Assembly: GCA_964393455.1 (NCBI GenBank)
Contig: CAYMTU010000001.1
Span: forward strand, 1-28,256
Direction: 5' to 3'
DNA from: an uncultured Candidatus Saccharibacteria bacterium
GTDB lineage: Bacteria > Patescibacteriota > Saccharimonadia > Saccharimonadales > AWTP1-31
Length of the DNA: 28,256 nucleotides
The notes beneath the pieces are model-generated. The model saw nothing but the letters and a program-made list of their open reading frames with translations, searched no databases and had not been told where the DNA came from. The position numbers and the translations under genes were made by a program. Shown one piece after another: positions 8,452 to 18,681 of the stretch (positions within the stretch are counted from its first letter, which is position 1; each line of letters begins with the position of its first letter).

Positions 8452-9621
8452 ATGGAATTAGACATGAAAGGTTTAGCAGTCGCGGTTAAAACAATAGCCG
8501 AAGAGAAAAACTTACCCCTAGAAACTGTACAAGAAATTGTCGAACAAGCACTAGCAGCAGCATACCGTCGTGATTATGGAGATCGTGAACAAGAAGTACG
8601 CGTCACGATGAACTTAAATAACGGAGATGTTGATGCGTATATCAGTAAAGAAGTGGTTGAACTCGTAGGCGATGATCGTTTTGAGATTAGCCTCGTTAAA
8701 GCCCAAACCATGAAAAAAGACGCTAAAATCGGCGATATGGTAGAAATTCATGAAAAAGTAGAAGATTTTGGTCGTGTTGCCGCTCAAACTGCTAAGCAAG
8801 TTATACTGCAGCGACTTCGTGAAGCTGAGCGAGAAATTGTTATGGCAGAATATGATGATAAAATCGGAACCGTAATCAACGGTCTTGTTTCGCGCGTCGA
8901 AGGAATGATCGTGAGAGTCGACTTAGGAAAAGCACAAGGTATCATGCCAAAAAGTGAGCAAATTTTAGGCGAACGGTACTACCCAGGCCAAAGAATTAAA
9001 GTATTTCTTAAAGATGTTGAGCGCGGATATCGTGGGCCACAATTGGTTGTTAGTAGAGGAAATGCTGCATTCGTAGAACATTTATTCCGCAATGAAGTTC
9101 CAGAAATGGAAAGTGGTTCAGTTGATATTAAGACAATTGCCCGGGAAGCTGGTGCTAGAAGCAAAATTGCCGTTACTAGCAGTGTTCCAGGCGTTGATCC
9201 AGTGGGAACGTTTGTAGGTGGACATGGTACGCGCGTCAATGCTGTTATGAGCGAGATTGGGGAACAAGAAAAAATTGATATTGTAGTGTGGAGCGAAGAC
9301 CCAAAAACCTTCATCATTAACGCAATGAGCCCAACAAAAATTACAAAAGTTGAGATTTTTGAAGATGCAAAAAAAGCAATCGTCACGGTTCCTGAAGATC
9401 AGCTCAGTATAGCTATCGGTAAAAGCGGACAGAACGTTCGACTGGCTAGCAAACTAACTGGGTATGACCTGGATATTACATCCGATCAACCAAAGCCCGA
9501 ACCGAAGCCAGAACCAGCTACCCCAGCTAAGCCTGCAGAACCTAAACCGATGCCACGCCTCAAGCGCAAAGACCAGCTCGAAAGTAGCTTACTCGATGCA
9601 ATTGAAGAACACGGCGAGTAG
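8452..9621 (+). CDS. nusA: Transcription termination/antitermination factor NusA, with Pro-rich C-terminal tail
   Basis: FGRVAAQTAKQVILQRLREAER, S1 domain, LVVSR, IAREAGARSKIAV, DPVGTFVG..GTRV, EKIDIV, LSIAIGKSGQNVRLASKLTG. Start at ATG 8452 (MELDMKGL); the upstream GTG extension runs through the structured insert. Confidence 0.97.
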   Translation: MELDMKGLAVAVKTIAEEKNLPLETVQEIVEQALAAAYRRDYGDREQEVRVTMNLNNGDVDAYISKEVVELVGDDRFEISLVKAQTMKKDAKIGDMVEIHEKVEDFGRVAAQTAKQVILQRLREAEREIVMAEYDDKIGTVINGLVSRVEGMIVRVDLGKAQGIMPKSEQILGERYYPGQRIKVFLKDVERGYRGPQLVVSRGNAAFVEHLFRNEVPEMESGSVDIKTIAREAGARSKIAVTSSVPGVDPVGTFVGGHGTRVNAVMSEIGEQEKIDIVVWSEDPKTFIINAMSPTKITKVEIFEDAKKAIVTVPEDQLSIAIGKSGQNVRLASKLTGYDLDITSDQPKPEPKPEPATPAKPAEPKPMPRLKRKDQLESSLLDAIEEHGE

Positions 9622-9648
9622 TTAACATTAATCGCTTATTGTAGATAA

Positions 9649-9675
9649 TTAGCACTCTTGTATTGGGAGTGCTAA
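9649..9675 (+). promoter_or_regulatory. CIRCE operator (HrcA binding site) upstream of clpC
   Basis: Perfect consensus TTAGCACTC-N9(ttgtattgg)-GAGTGCTAA. Confidence 0.92.
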
Positions 9676-9686
9676 TTTGTTACTAT
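9658..9686 (+). promoter_or_regulatory. clpC promoter overlapped by CIRCE
   Basis: TTGTAT (9658-9663), 17 nt, TG-T-TACTAT (-10 at 9681-9686). SD-like AAGGGGGT lies 8 nt before ATG 9729. Confidence 0.7.
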
Positions 9687-9728
9687 ATTTTTAGCATATA
9701 AAAAATTGCACCAAGGGGGTACACAAGT

Positions 9729-12203
9729 ATGCAAGATACACCAGAATTTCATGAGTTTTTGAATCACCTAACTGATAATGCACTGCAAAGCTTAAAGCAT
9801 GCTGATGCTATTGCACGCAGTTTTGGTAGTGCGTACATTGGAACCGAGCATCTACTTCTTGGTGTGCTCGCACAAGATAATAGCATGGGAGCAAAGCTCC
9901 TTGAGGGAGCAGGAGTAACATTAGATAGAGCAAGATTGGCACTTAATCTAACGCCTAAAACAGTGGCCATCAACATGGGTGCGAAAGGATTAAGCGAAAC
10001 AGCAAAACTTACGCTGCGCATGGCATATGACGTTGCACAAGACTTTACCCAAGAATATTGCGGAACCGAACACATTTTATACAGTATTTTGAGTCAAAAA
10101 AATGCTCGTGCCACTATCTTATTACGTGACATGAATATTAATGTCGATGGGCTCAGTAACGAACTTGAAACTTTTTTGAGTCGACAACAAAGCGACGATA
10201 CAAGTTCAGCTTCGAAACGTAAACGAAGTAAGAAAGCCCGTAAAACTGCGCTAGATTTTTTTGGTACTGATCTTACATCACAAGCTCGTGAAAAGAAACT
10301 CGATCCAGTCGTTGGTAGAGAAAAGCAAATACGAAGAGTAATAACAATACTTAATCGCCGTACTAAAAATAACCCTGTTCTTATTGGCGAACCTGGAGTA
10401 GGTAAAACTGCCATCGTTGAAGGACTTGCGCAACGAATCGTCAATGAAGATGTTCCCGATAGTTTAATAGATAAACGTATTGTATTGCTCGATCTCGCGG
10501 GCATGATTGCTGGTACAAAATATAGAGGTGAATTCGAAGAACGTCTAAAAAAAGTTATGGCAGAACTTGAGGATGATAAAAATACCATTGTATTTATTGA
10601 TGAACTTCATTTAATCGTTGGTGCTGGTGCTGCTGAAGGAGCAATGGATGCTGGAAATATACTAAAACCAGCTCTGGCGCGCGGGAAAATTCAAATGATT
10701 GGGGCGACTACCACAACAGAATACACGAAACATATCGAAAAAGATGCGGCGCTAGAGCGTAGATTCCAGCCTGTGCAGGTACCTGAGACCACAGTCCCGG
10801 AGACTCTTGCGATTCTTAAAGGACTTCGAAAACACTACGAGGCCTTCCATGATGTTTCAGTTGACGATGAAGTTCTATCTGATACGGTAAATTTTGCAGA
10901 TCGATACATTAACGATAGATTCATGCCCGATAAAGCAATTGACTTACTCGATGAAACATCAGCTCATTTACGCGTAGACAAAGGCAAAACGCCTCCAGAA
11001 GTAAGAAAGCTAATGAAAGAGCTTAAGCTCGTTAACATGCGCATCGATGAAGCTGTTGAAGCTGAAGATTATGAAAAAGCAGCACGAGCAAAAACCAGAG
11101 CCAGCCAAATAGAAGAATCATTAAAAGCACTACAAACATCAGGCAAATCAAGCAACAAGATTGTCATGAAAAGTGATGATGTGGCCGACGTTGTAGCAAG
11201 AATAACTGGTGTCCCCGTGCAACGTGTTATTCGGTCGGAAGCAAAATACTTGCTCAATCTCGAGAAAACCTTATCAAAACACGTCATTGGACAGCAAGAA
11301 GCTGTAGAGGCGGTTTCTAGAGCAGTTAGACGCAGTCGTTCCGGTGTTTCGAGCGCGCAGAGACCAATTGGTTCATTTATTTTTCTTGGCCCAACTGGTG
11401 TAGGAAAAACAGAACTTGCCCGTGTTCTTGCCGATGAATTCTTTGGTACACGAGAGGCTTTAGTTAAGATTGATATGAGCGAATTTGGCGAACGACATAC
11501 TGCATCTCGACTGGTTGGAGCACCGGCAGGCTATGTTGGGTACGATGAGGGCGGTCAATTGACCGACAAGATACGAAGGCAACCATACAGCTTAGTGCTT
11601 TTTGATGAGATAGAGAAAGCACACCCCGAAGTATTTAACATGCTTCTGCAAATCCTTGAAGATGGAGTTCTCGCTGATGCGAAAGGACGTAAAATTGATT
11701 TTACCAATACTATAATCATAATGACAAGCAATATTGGAGCCGATAAGCTACAGAAAGAAGCTAGTCTTGGCTTTCAAATTAGCTCTAAGGAAGATAAAAA
11801 AGATCTTGATTCGCTTCACGAGAAGAATAAAGATAAGGTTCATACCGAACTTAAAAAATTGCTACGACCGGAACTACTGAACAGAATAGATAAGATAGTC
11901 GTGTTTCATGCGCTCACCAAAAAAGATGCTTTCAGTATAATGGATCTTCAGCTCAACGAGCTTCAAAAACGTCTTGTGAAACACGGACTTGGACTTAGCG
12001 TAGCTCAATCAGCAAAAAAGGAACTCCTACTGAAAGGTTACGATGCATTAAACGGCGTTAGGCCAATGAGAAGACTTATTCAAGATACAATAGAAGACGA
12101 AATTGCGAGTGGACTTTTAGATAATACCTATACAAAAGGTGATATTGTCCACGTTGCAGCAAAAAATAAAGTACTCGTGTATTCTGCAAAAAGAGAACAG
12201 TAA
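9729..12203 (+). CDS. clpC: ATP-dependent Clp protease ATPase subunit ClpC
   Basis: Clp-N repeats ([15 protein letters not shown]), NBD1 GEPGVGKT / VFIDELH / ALERRFQ, UVR coil (EAEDYEKAA), NBD2 GPTGVGKT / [10 protein letters not shown], ClpP-docking LGF loop (ASLGF). Confidence 0.95.
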   Translation: MQDTPEFHEFLNHLTDNALQSLKHADAIARSFGSAYIGTEHLLLGVLAQDNSMGAKLLEGAGVTLDRARLALNLTPKTVAINMGAKGLSETAKLTLRMAYDVAQDFTQEYCGTEHILYSILSQKNARATILLRDMNINVDGLSNELETFLSRQQSDDTSSASKRKRSKKARKTALDFFGTDLTSQAREKKLDPVVGREKQIRRVITILNRRTKNNPVLIGEPGVGKTAIVEGLAQRIVNEDVPDSLIDKRIVLLDLAGMIAGTKYRGEFEERLKKVMAELEDDKNTIVFIDELHLIVGAGAAEGAMDAGNILKPALARGKIQMIGATTTTEYTKHIEKDAALERRFQPVQVPETTVPETLAILKGLRKHYEAFHDVSVDDEVLSDTVNFADRYINDRFMPDKAIDLLDETSAHLRVDKGKTPPEVRKLMKELKLVNMRIDEAVEAEDYEKAARAKTRASQIEESLKALQTSGKSSNKIVMKSDDVADVVARITGVPVQRVIRSEAKYLLNLEKTLSKHVIGQQEAVEAVSRAVRRSRSGVSSAQRPIGSFIFLGPTGVGKTELARVLADEFFGTREALVKIDMSEFGERHTASRLVGAPAGYVGYDEGGQLTDKIRRQPYSLVLFDEIEKAHPEVFNMLLQILEDGVLADAKGRKIDFTNTIIIMTSNIGADKLQKEASLGFQISSKEDKKDLDSLHEKNKDKVHTELKKLLRPELLNRIDKIVVFHALTKKDAFSIMDLQLNELQKRLVKHGLGLSVAQSAKKELLLKGYDALNGVRPMRRLIQDTIEDEIASGLLDNTYTKGDIVHVAAKNKVLVYSAKREQ

Positions 12204-12253
12204 ATACAGTTTTGTAATGTTGTTTATGTAAAATATCCACTATACTGTTAGTA

Positions 12254-13240
12254 ATGAATCCACCCAAACAATCAAAAATTGGACAAATACTTTTTTCGAT
12301 TATTCTTCTACTTATCGCTGGTGGTGTTATATTCAAACAGCAAGAAATCCTCGATTGGTGGACGCTGAGAAATTACCAAGTACCCGTGGCTGTGAGCAAC
12401 ATTGCCAACGATACAACTATGAGTAGCTACGGTCGTAAACTGTTTTACGTCAATAAACCTCAGCTACAAAACAAAGCAGCGTTTTATAAGAGTTGTGAAG
12501 AAGGAGAAACAACAGTAGTACTAGGATGCTATAAGCCAAAACAAGGAATATTTATTCTTGATGTAGATGATGAGAGACTTGACGGCATAGAACAGGTAAC
12601 GGCAGCTCATGAAATGCTACATGTTGCATATGACCGACTTGACAGTACCGAAAAACAAGAAATTGGAAGCAAACTGACAAGTTTTTACGCAACACTAAAC
12701 GACGAACAACTACAGAGTAAGATCAAAATATATGAAAAAAGTGGTGCGGATATCGCAAATGAATTGCACTCAATACTTGGAACGGAGCAACAGACATTAA
12801 ATCCTGAGCTCGAGTTGTACTACAAACAATTTTTTAATGACAGAAAATCAGTGGTAGCATTCTCGCAAAAATATCAGGCGGTGTTTAATGAAAGAAAAAA
12901 CAAACTAAAACAGCTTGATGCTCAGTTGGCAGAAATCGAAGAAAAAGTAAAAGCGAACAACGTAGAGCTTGATAGACAGCAGGCAACTATAAACGCTGAA
13001 GCAAGAAGACTGGATCTTTTACTGCAGCAGAATAAGATTGACGAATATAACAGTGGTGTCATTGCATACAATAAAACTATAGCGCCCTTCAAGGCACTTG
13101 TAGCAGAAACAAAACAACTTATTGCAGAGTACAAAACAATTCTTGAAGAAAGAAATCGTGTAGCCGCCGAAGCACAAGAACTAAATAAAGCCCTCGATAG
13201 CCGAATCATAGAGCAACCAGAAACAAATACTACGCTATAG
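12254..13240 (+). CDS. Membrane-anchored/secreted putative zincin metalloprotease with C-terminal coiled coil
   Basis: N-terminal TM segment (ILFSIILLLIAGGVIF), Cys pair (SCEEGETTVVLGCY), VTAAHEMLHVAY (HExxH), later NELHSILGTE, and a long heptad-rich C-terminal third. Confidence 0.7.
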   Translation: MNPPKQSKIGQILFSIILLLIAGGVIFKQQEILDWWTLRNYQVPVAVSNIANDTTMSSYGRKLFYVNKPQLQNKAAFYKSCEEGETTVVLGCYKPKQGIFILDVDDERLDGIEQVTAAHEMLHVAYDRLDSTEKQEIGSKLTSFYATLNDEQLQSKIKIYEKSGADIANELHSILGTEQQTLNPELELYYKQFFNDRKSVVAFSQKYQAVFNERKNKLKQLDAQLAEIEEKVKANNVELDRQQATINAEARRLDLLLQQNKIDEYNSGVIAYNKTIAPFKALVAETKQLIAEYKTILEERNRVAAEAQELNKALDSRIIEQPETNTTL

Positions 13241-13290
13241 TAACAAACTTGCTGTATATTTTTTGTAATCAACCCTATACTGTATAAGAT

Positions 13291-14640
13291 ATGGCTAAGA
13301 AGAACATTCGATTTGAGTGCAGTAATTGTGGTACTATCGCAGCCACTTGGTCTGGTCGGTGTCATAGTTGTGGAGAGTGGAATACAATGCAAGAGCAATT
13401 ACTTGTTGATTCTGTCGGTACTGCTACTAAATCAGGAGTTACACTTACACCGAGCACCATCTCAAAAATAGCAAAATCGACAAAAGAGCCCCGTATCCCA
13501 TCAGGAATGAATGAAGTAGATGCGGTTTTAGGTGGTGGTTTTGTTGCTGGCAGTGTCAACCTTATCGCAGGTCAACCAGGTATTGGTAAAAGTACACTAT
13601 TACTACAACTCGCTAGTGAAATTGCTAAAAACGTACCTGTCTTATATGTCAGCGGGGAAGAGTCGGTGCATCAGGTTGGGATCCGTGCCGAAAGACTTAA
13701 TGCTAAAGGAACTAAGCTCCAGCTCGCAGCAAGTGCTAGTGCTGATGATATTGCAAAAACAATTTCTACTGCTGACTTTAAACTCGTAGTCGTCGACTCT
13801 ATCCAAACAATAACTGCAAACGATATTAGTTCGGCTCCGGGCAGTGTCAGTCAAATAACTAATAGTACTCATCTACTTAGTGTTGTAGCTAAACAAACGA
13901 ACACTGCGCTTATTCTCGTGGGACATGTCACCAAAGAAGGTTCAATTGCAGGACCAAAAGTACTTGAGCATGTCGTAGATGTCGTTCTTCAGCTTGAAGG
14001 TGATAGATATGGAGGATTTAAATTACTCCGTAGTATAAAAAATAGATATGGTTCTACTAATGAGGCTGGAATTTTTGAAATGCTAGATTCAGGATTACAT
14101 CCTGTGCAGAATCCATCTGCTTCATTATTGGCAGAACGCCAAATTAGTGATGGATCAGTAGTTCTGGCGACTATAGAGGGTTCCCGCCCGCTATTAGTTG
14201 AAGTACAAGCATTGGTCAATAAAACCAGCTATGGCTATCCTAAACGGGCTGCAAGCGGCATTGACCTGAATCGAGTAAACTTGCTTGTCGCAATGCTCGA
14301 ACGCCGCACAAAGCTCAGTCTTGCCGATCAAGATATATATGTAAATATTGTGGGTGGGATTAAAATAGCCGAACCAGCAGCTGATCTCGCAGTCGCTATG
14401 GCAATAGCTAGCGCTAGTAAGGGTATGCAACTCAAAAAGAACGCTGTTGTTTTTGGAGAACTTGGACTGAGTGGTGAGATTCGTCACGTACCTTTTATAG
14501 ATAAACGAGTCGCTGAAGCAAAGAAACTCGGATTTGATGGAGCAATAGGACCAATTGTCCGAACCGGAAAAGCCCCCAATTTACTTATGGGTGTCGCAAA
14601 CATTCGAGATGCACTTAATCAATTCTTACAAAAAGATTAA
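13291..14640 (+). CDS. radA: DNA repair protein RadA/Sms
   Basis: Zn finger CSNCG..W.GRCHSC, Walker A GQPGIGKSTL, VVDSIQT, KNRYG, Lon-like C-terminus (EVQALV, PAADLAVA, FGELGLSGEIR). Confidence 0.97.
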   Translation: MAKKNIRFECSNCGTIAATWSGRCHSCGEWNTMQEQLLVDSVGTATKSGVTLTPSTISKIAKSTKEPRIPSGMNEVDAVLGGGFVAGSVNLIAGQPGIGKSTLLLQLASEIAKNVPVLYVSGEESVHQVGIRAERLNAKGTKLQLAASASADDIAKTISTADFKLVVVDSIQTITANDISSAPGSVSQITNSTHLLSVVAKQTNTALILVGHVTKEGSIAGPKVLEHVVDVVLQLEGDRYGGFKLLRSIKNRYGSTNEAGIFEMLDSGLHPVQNPSASLLAERQISDGSVVLATIEGSRPLLVEVQALVNKTSYGYPKRAASGIDLNRVNLLVAMLERRTKLSLADQDIYVNIVGGIKIAEPAADLAVAMAIASASKGMQLKKNAVVFGELGLSGEIRHVPFIDKRVAEAKKLGFDGAIGPIVRTGKAPNLLMGVANIRDALNQFLQKD

Positions 14641-14650
14641 TTAAGTATAT

Positions 14651-17635
14651 CTATAATCCCGAGACTAATACGCGAGTTCCATTACTATCTTCAGCGTACG
14701 GATCAGGACCAGGAGCCGCGTAAGTTCCAGGACATTGGCTGCCAGCGCTTGAACAAATAAGATCACCATTTTTCCTATAAACTGACACGCTACCTACTGC
14801 GCCAGACCAACTATACTTATAGTTGCTTCCCACTTTACTTGCTACGACGCTAAATGATGAGCTGCCACTACTTGCAGTTATTGTGCCAGACTGACTACTA
14901 CCATCGTACAGTACGCTATCAATCACCTGAGCGCTAATGCTCTTTGACCCACTAAAATCAGGAGTATAGGTAAAGGCAGCCAATCCAGAACCGGGTCCAT
15001 TAATCTCAAATGATCGAACTATTTGACCATCGATAATGTAATTTACTACGCCTTTAAATTTACTGCTAGATATAGGGTGGGTACCTTGTGCTACATTCAC
15101 CGAAAGATTATAGCTTGGACCGCTACCTCCGATTGACAGACTGATACTTGGCGGGGTGTCGCCACATTTATGAACATCGTCTTTTTCACCGGTTGTTGCA
15201 GATGCGGCTCCACCAGCAACGAATTTGTCAGCCGAGAACTGATTTGCAGCAGCATTGGTAACTTTTTCTTTAGCTCGCTCCGGTGTACATTCGGTAGCTA
15301 ATTTACCGCTTACTTTGTCGGTAATTTGTGCCTCGGTACTAGTTTTACTTGGTGGTTTATACCAAGAAGGATACAGATCGGTTGCAGGACTTGGTTCCAC
15401 AGAGCCTAGACCAACTTTACTTCGTATAACGTATGCTGGTAATGTCTGAACTCCAGCCGGTTTTTCACGATCAAACGCCGGAATATTATCGTGGGCTTTA
15501 TTCATCCAGCCCTGCCAAATAGGTTGCGTCATAGACTCCATAGTGCCTCTCATTTCAACTTGACGCGTATGGTGTCCGACCCACACACCAGCTGAATACT
15601 GCGGAGAGTAGCCCATCATCCAACCATCCTTATTATCATTGGTTGTTCCTGTCTTCATGGAGAATTTCCAACCTTCAAATCGATGAGGCTTACGACCAGC
15701 AGGGAAGTAACTCGCATTAGGGTCGCTAAGCATATCGGAAATAATGTACGCAGTATCTGGTCGTACAGCTTGTGTACCTTTACTTGGCTTCCATTCTTCG
15801 ACAGTTTTACCAGAAGCGTTTGATATCTTTAGAATATACGTCTGAGGAATATTTACACCATTTCGCGAGAGACTACCATACGCATGGACGTGTTCGTCGA
15901 GGTGCAAGAATGCTCCGTCTCCAATAGAAGATGACGCATAGCATGGTCCTTCTTTTGTATTTTCCTCGTCTTCATAGCAGTTATATCCACTTGATAATCC
16001 AAGCTTTTCTGCGGTGCCAATTGTTTTATCAATGCCGGCTGTAAGCATAGCTTTAACTGCTGGAACATTTCGTGAGCCTCCAAGCGCATACCGTAGTGTT
16101 ACTGGACCAGGATACCTGAAGTCGTAATCCCATAGACAATTAGCTTTATCATCTTGTTTGGGATTGGTTTTTACCGTACATGGATAACCAGGGATAGGTC
16201 CTTGCGTATCATACAGCACAGATCCTGCACCAGTATTGGTGGTGTTCTCCATCATTGCTGCATAGTCATATGGCTTAAAGCTAGATCCTGGGGGAAGTCG
16301 TCTGTTCGCATAGTTAAACTGACCGAATTCGGGGTTAGTAAAGTCCACGCCTCCAACCAGGGCCACCATTTGACCTGTTTTCACGTCTTCTGCAGCGAAT
16401 GCAGCAGTATCACCACCTTGTCGCTTAATTTGTGCAAGACCTTTAGCAACTTGCTCTTCCGCAATTGCTTGTTTTTCCATGTCTAGCGTTGTAATAACCG
16501 ACCAGCCACCAATCTTGGCTGTTTCAGGACGAGTAGTCTCGATTTGTTTCTTTGCAGCCAAAACAAACCATGGAGCTTTAATACCCGCATACTTTGCTTG
16601 TGGTTCTTTTACTTTAGCTAGGGTATCTACCTTTTTTGCTTCATCACGCTCTTTTTCGGTAATCATTCCTTGCTCGGCCATAAGTTTCAAAACATAGTGC
16701 TGCCTTCCAATAAGTGCTGGTTTTGATTCTTCAGGGTACGTTTTGTAGTATGCGCCGTAAGGGGAGTAAAAAGATGGAGATTTTGGAATTGCCGCCAAAA
16801 ATGCTGCTTCATCAAGTGTCAAATCTTTTGCTGCTTTTTGGAAATAATCACGAGTCGCAGCCTCTACTCCATACTGCACATTACCGTACGGTGCTGTATT
16901 TAAATAACCTGTTAATATTTCTTGTTTTGTATAGCTTCTCTCAAGCTCAACGGATAAAATGAGCTCTTTTGCCTTACGTGTGTAGCTTCTGTCTTTCGTC
17001 CAGTTTTGAGTTAATTTAACTAATTGTTGCGTAATCGTAGAGCCACCTTGCTGACTGCTGCCACCTGCAACATTATTTATACCAGCTCGCATTATTCCAC
17101 GAACATCAAATCCTCCGTGCTTGAAAAAATCTTTGTCCTCAACAGCAACTGTCGCATCACGAACGTACTTATTAATCTCCGTTTCTTTTACGGGAATTCT
17201 CTTGACGGCATCGTAATCTTCCCACAGTAACGTAGCACCTGTACGGTCGTAGTATCTAATACTACCACCAATATTGTTGCCACTAATGTCACGAAGATTC
17301 GGCAGATCTTTTCTAAAATATGCAAAAAGGCCAACAAGCAGCAAGAAACCAACAATGAGACCAATACCCATAATCTTAAGGGCCATGATTGCGCCGTCTC
17401 GACTAAACCAATATTTGTACATTCGCTTTGGCTGAAAATGATACAAAAATCTCTTCACTCGTCCCTTAGGAAGTTCAGCTAACCTAGCTGCTTTACGGGC
17501 AGCTTTTGCATTCTTACTTGCTCCAACTTTCTGACCTAAACTTTGATTAACCTTAAAAGAGTTTCCACTCTTAGTAACATGCTGGTTCTTAGATACTCGG
17601 CTTGATTTTCTTCGGCCATTGTTTGAGGCGTTCAT
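14651..17635 (-). CDS. Class A penicillin-binding protein (transglycosylase-transpeptidase) with Ser/Gly-rich C-terminal extension
   Basis: TM anchor; GT51 motifs VEDKDFFKHGG, GGSTITQQLVK, RKAKE, GYLN; transpeptidase SxxK (GSSFKP), SxN (SRN) and KTGT. Confidence 0.93.
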   Translation of the reverse strand: MNASNNGRRKSSRVSKNQHVTKSGNSFKVNQSLGQKVGASKNAKAARKAARLAELPKGRVKRFLYHFQPKRMYKYWFSRDGAIMALKIMGIGLIVGFLLLVGLFAYFRKDLPNLRDISGNNIGGSIRYYDRTGATLLWEDYDAVKRIPVKETEINKYVRDATVAVEDKDFFKHGGFDVRGIMRAGINNVAGGSSQQGGSTITQQLVKLTQNWTKDRSYTRKAKELILSVELERSYTKQEILTGYLNTAPYGNVQYGVEAATRDYFQKAAKDLTLDEAAFLAAIPKSPSFYSPYGAYYKTYPEESKPALIGRQHYVLKLMAEQGMITEKERDEAKKVDTLAKVKEPQAKYAGIKAPWFVLAAKKQIETTRPETAKIGGWSVITTLDMEKQAIAEEQVAKGLAQIKRQGGDTAAFAAEDVKTGQMVALVGGVDFTNPEFGQFNYANRRLPPGSSFKPYDYAAMMENTTNTGAGSVLYDTQGPIPGYPCTVKTNPKQDDKANCLWDYDFRYPGPVTLRYALGGSRNVPAVKAMLTAGIDKTIGTAEKLGLSSGYNCYEDEENTKEGPCYASSSIGDGAFLHLDEHVHAYGSLSRNGVNIPQTYILKISNASGKTVEEWKPSKGTQAVRPDTAYIISDMLSDPNASYFPAGRKPHRFEGWKFSMKTGTTNDNKDGWMMGYSPQYSAGVWVGHHTRQVEMRGTMESMTQPIWQGWMNKAHDNIPAFDREKPAGVQTLPAYVIRSKVGLGSVEPSPATDLYPSWYKPPSKTSTEAQITDKVSGKLATECTPERAKEKVTNAAANQFSADKFVAGGAASATTGEKDDVHKCGDTPPSISLSIGGSGPSYNLSVNVAQGTHPISSSKFKGVVNYIIDGQIVRSFEINGPGSGLAAFTYTPDFSGSKSISAQVIDSVLYDGSSQSGTITASSGSSSFSVVASKVGSNYKYSWSGAVGSVSVYRKNGDLICSSAGSQCPGTYAAPGPDPYAEDSNGTRVLVSGL

Positions 17636-17668
17636 TATTTTTAGTACTTCAACTCCTTAGTTGTAAAT

Positions 17669-17677
17669 ATTATAGCA
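17669..17677 (-). promoter_or_regulatory. Extended -10 promoter of the PBP gene
   Basis: TG-C-TATAAT on the minus strand, about 33 nt before ATG 17635. The leader contains AAGGAG within a CAACT-aagg-AGTTG hairpin. Confidence 0.55.
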
Positions 17678-17866
17678 AATATCTTTTAAAATACATTAAT
17701 TAATCATAACCCAAATTATCTGAATTTTTACTGAGTAGATTTATAAATCACCCCTGTTACTAGCTACCCTAGCGTATAACTAAACTGGTGCTGATATATC
17801 AATTCTTGTATACTGGCCACTGTATTATTTTTAAAACGTAATAAAAATCAAGAAAGCGAATCATAA

Positions 17867-18631
17867 ATGCCTAAATCTACTAAAAAAGCTGATCAATATA
17901 ATGACCCAACGCATAATTATCTAAAGTACTGGGACGGTCGTGACTATGAAAATGAATCTGAAAGAATAGCCCTAAGGCGACTACTAAAAAACAAGCATTT
18001 CGCCCATGCGGCAGATATTGGTGGTGGCTACGGTAGATTATGCGTATTTTTAAAAGATTATGCCGATAAAGTAACATTGGCTGAGCCAAGTCAACAACAA
18101 TTAGATATTGGGAAAAAATTTCTAAAGAATCAAAAAGATATCGACATGGTCCTGACACAAGCCGATGATCTAAAATTCAAAGATGAATCACTCGATCTTA
18201 TAACAATGATTAGGGTAATGCACCATCTACCAGATCCGTCTGCTGAGTTTTCTGAAATTAAGCGAGTGCTTACATCTGATGGATATTTTGTACTAGAGAT
18301 TGCTAATTATTCACACGCAGTTAATCGAGTTAAGCACCTCGTTAAAGGCAAGAAGATGCCGTTAGAACCAGTAGATATTAGGTCCGAGAAAAACAAAAAA
18401 GATAGTGAAATAGCTTTCGTAAACCACAACCCTAAGACTGTCATTAAGCAGCTTGCTCATGCTGGGCTCAAAGTAGAAAAGATACTCTCTGTGTCTAACC
18501 TACGAAGTCCAGGTCTTAAAAAAGTAATTCCAAGAAGTGTAATGCTTAATTTAGAGAATATTATGCAACCTACACTCGCAAAAACTTTTTTTGGTCCAAG
18601 TACTTTTCTTCTCATCAAAAAAGCCTCCTAA
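17867..18631 (+). CDS. Class I SAM-dependent methyltransferase
   Basis: Motif I ADIGGGYGRL, motif II region TLAEPS, LKFKDESLDLITMIRVMHHL, RVLTSDGYFVLE. Confidence 0.88.
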   Translation: MPKSTKKADQYNDPTHNYLKYWDGRDYENESERIALRRLLKNKHFAHAADIGGGYGRLCVFLKDYADKVTLAEPSQQQLDIGKKFLKNQKDIDMVLTQADDLKFKDESLDLITMIRVMHHLPDPSAEFSEIKRVLTSDGYFVLEIANYSHAVNRVKHLVKGKKMPLEPVDIRSEKNKKDSEIAFVNHNPKTVIKQLAHAGLKVEKILSVSNLRSPGLKKVIPRSVMLNLENIMQPTLAKTFFGPSTFLLIKKAS

Positions 18632-18681
18632 ATTATTCTTCATAGTGGTCATGGGGTGGCTAAGGTTGCTATCATACTACA

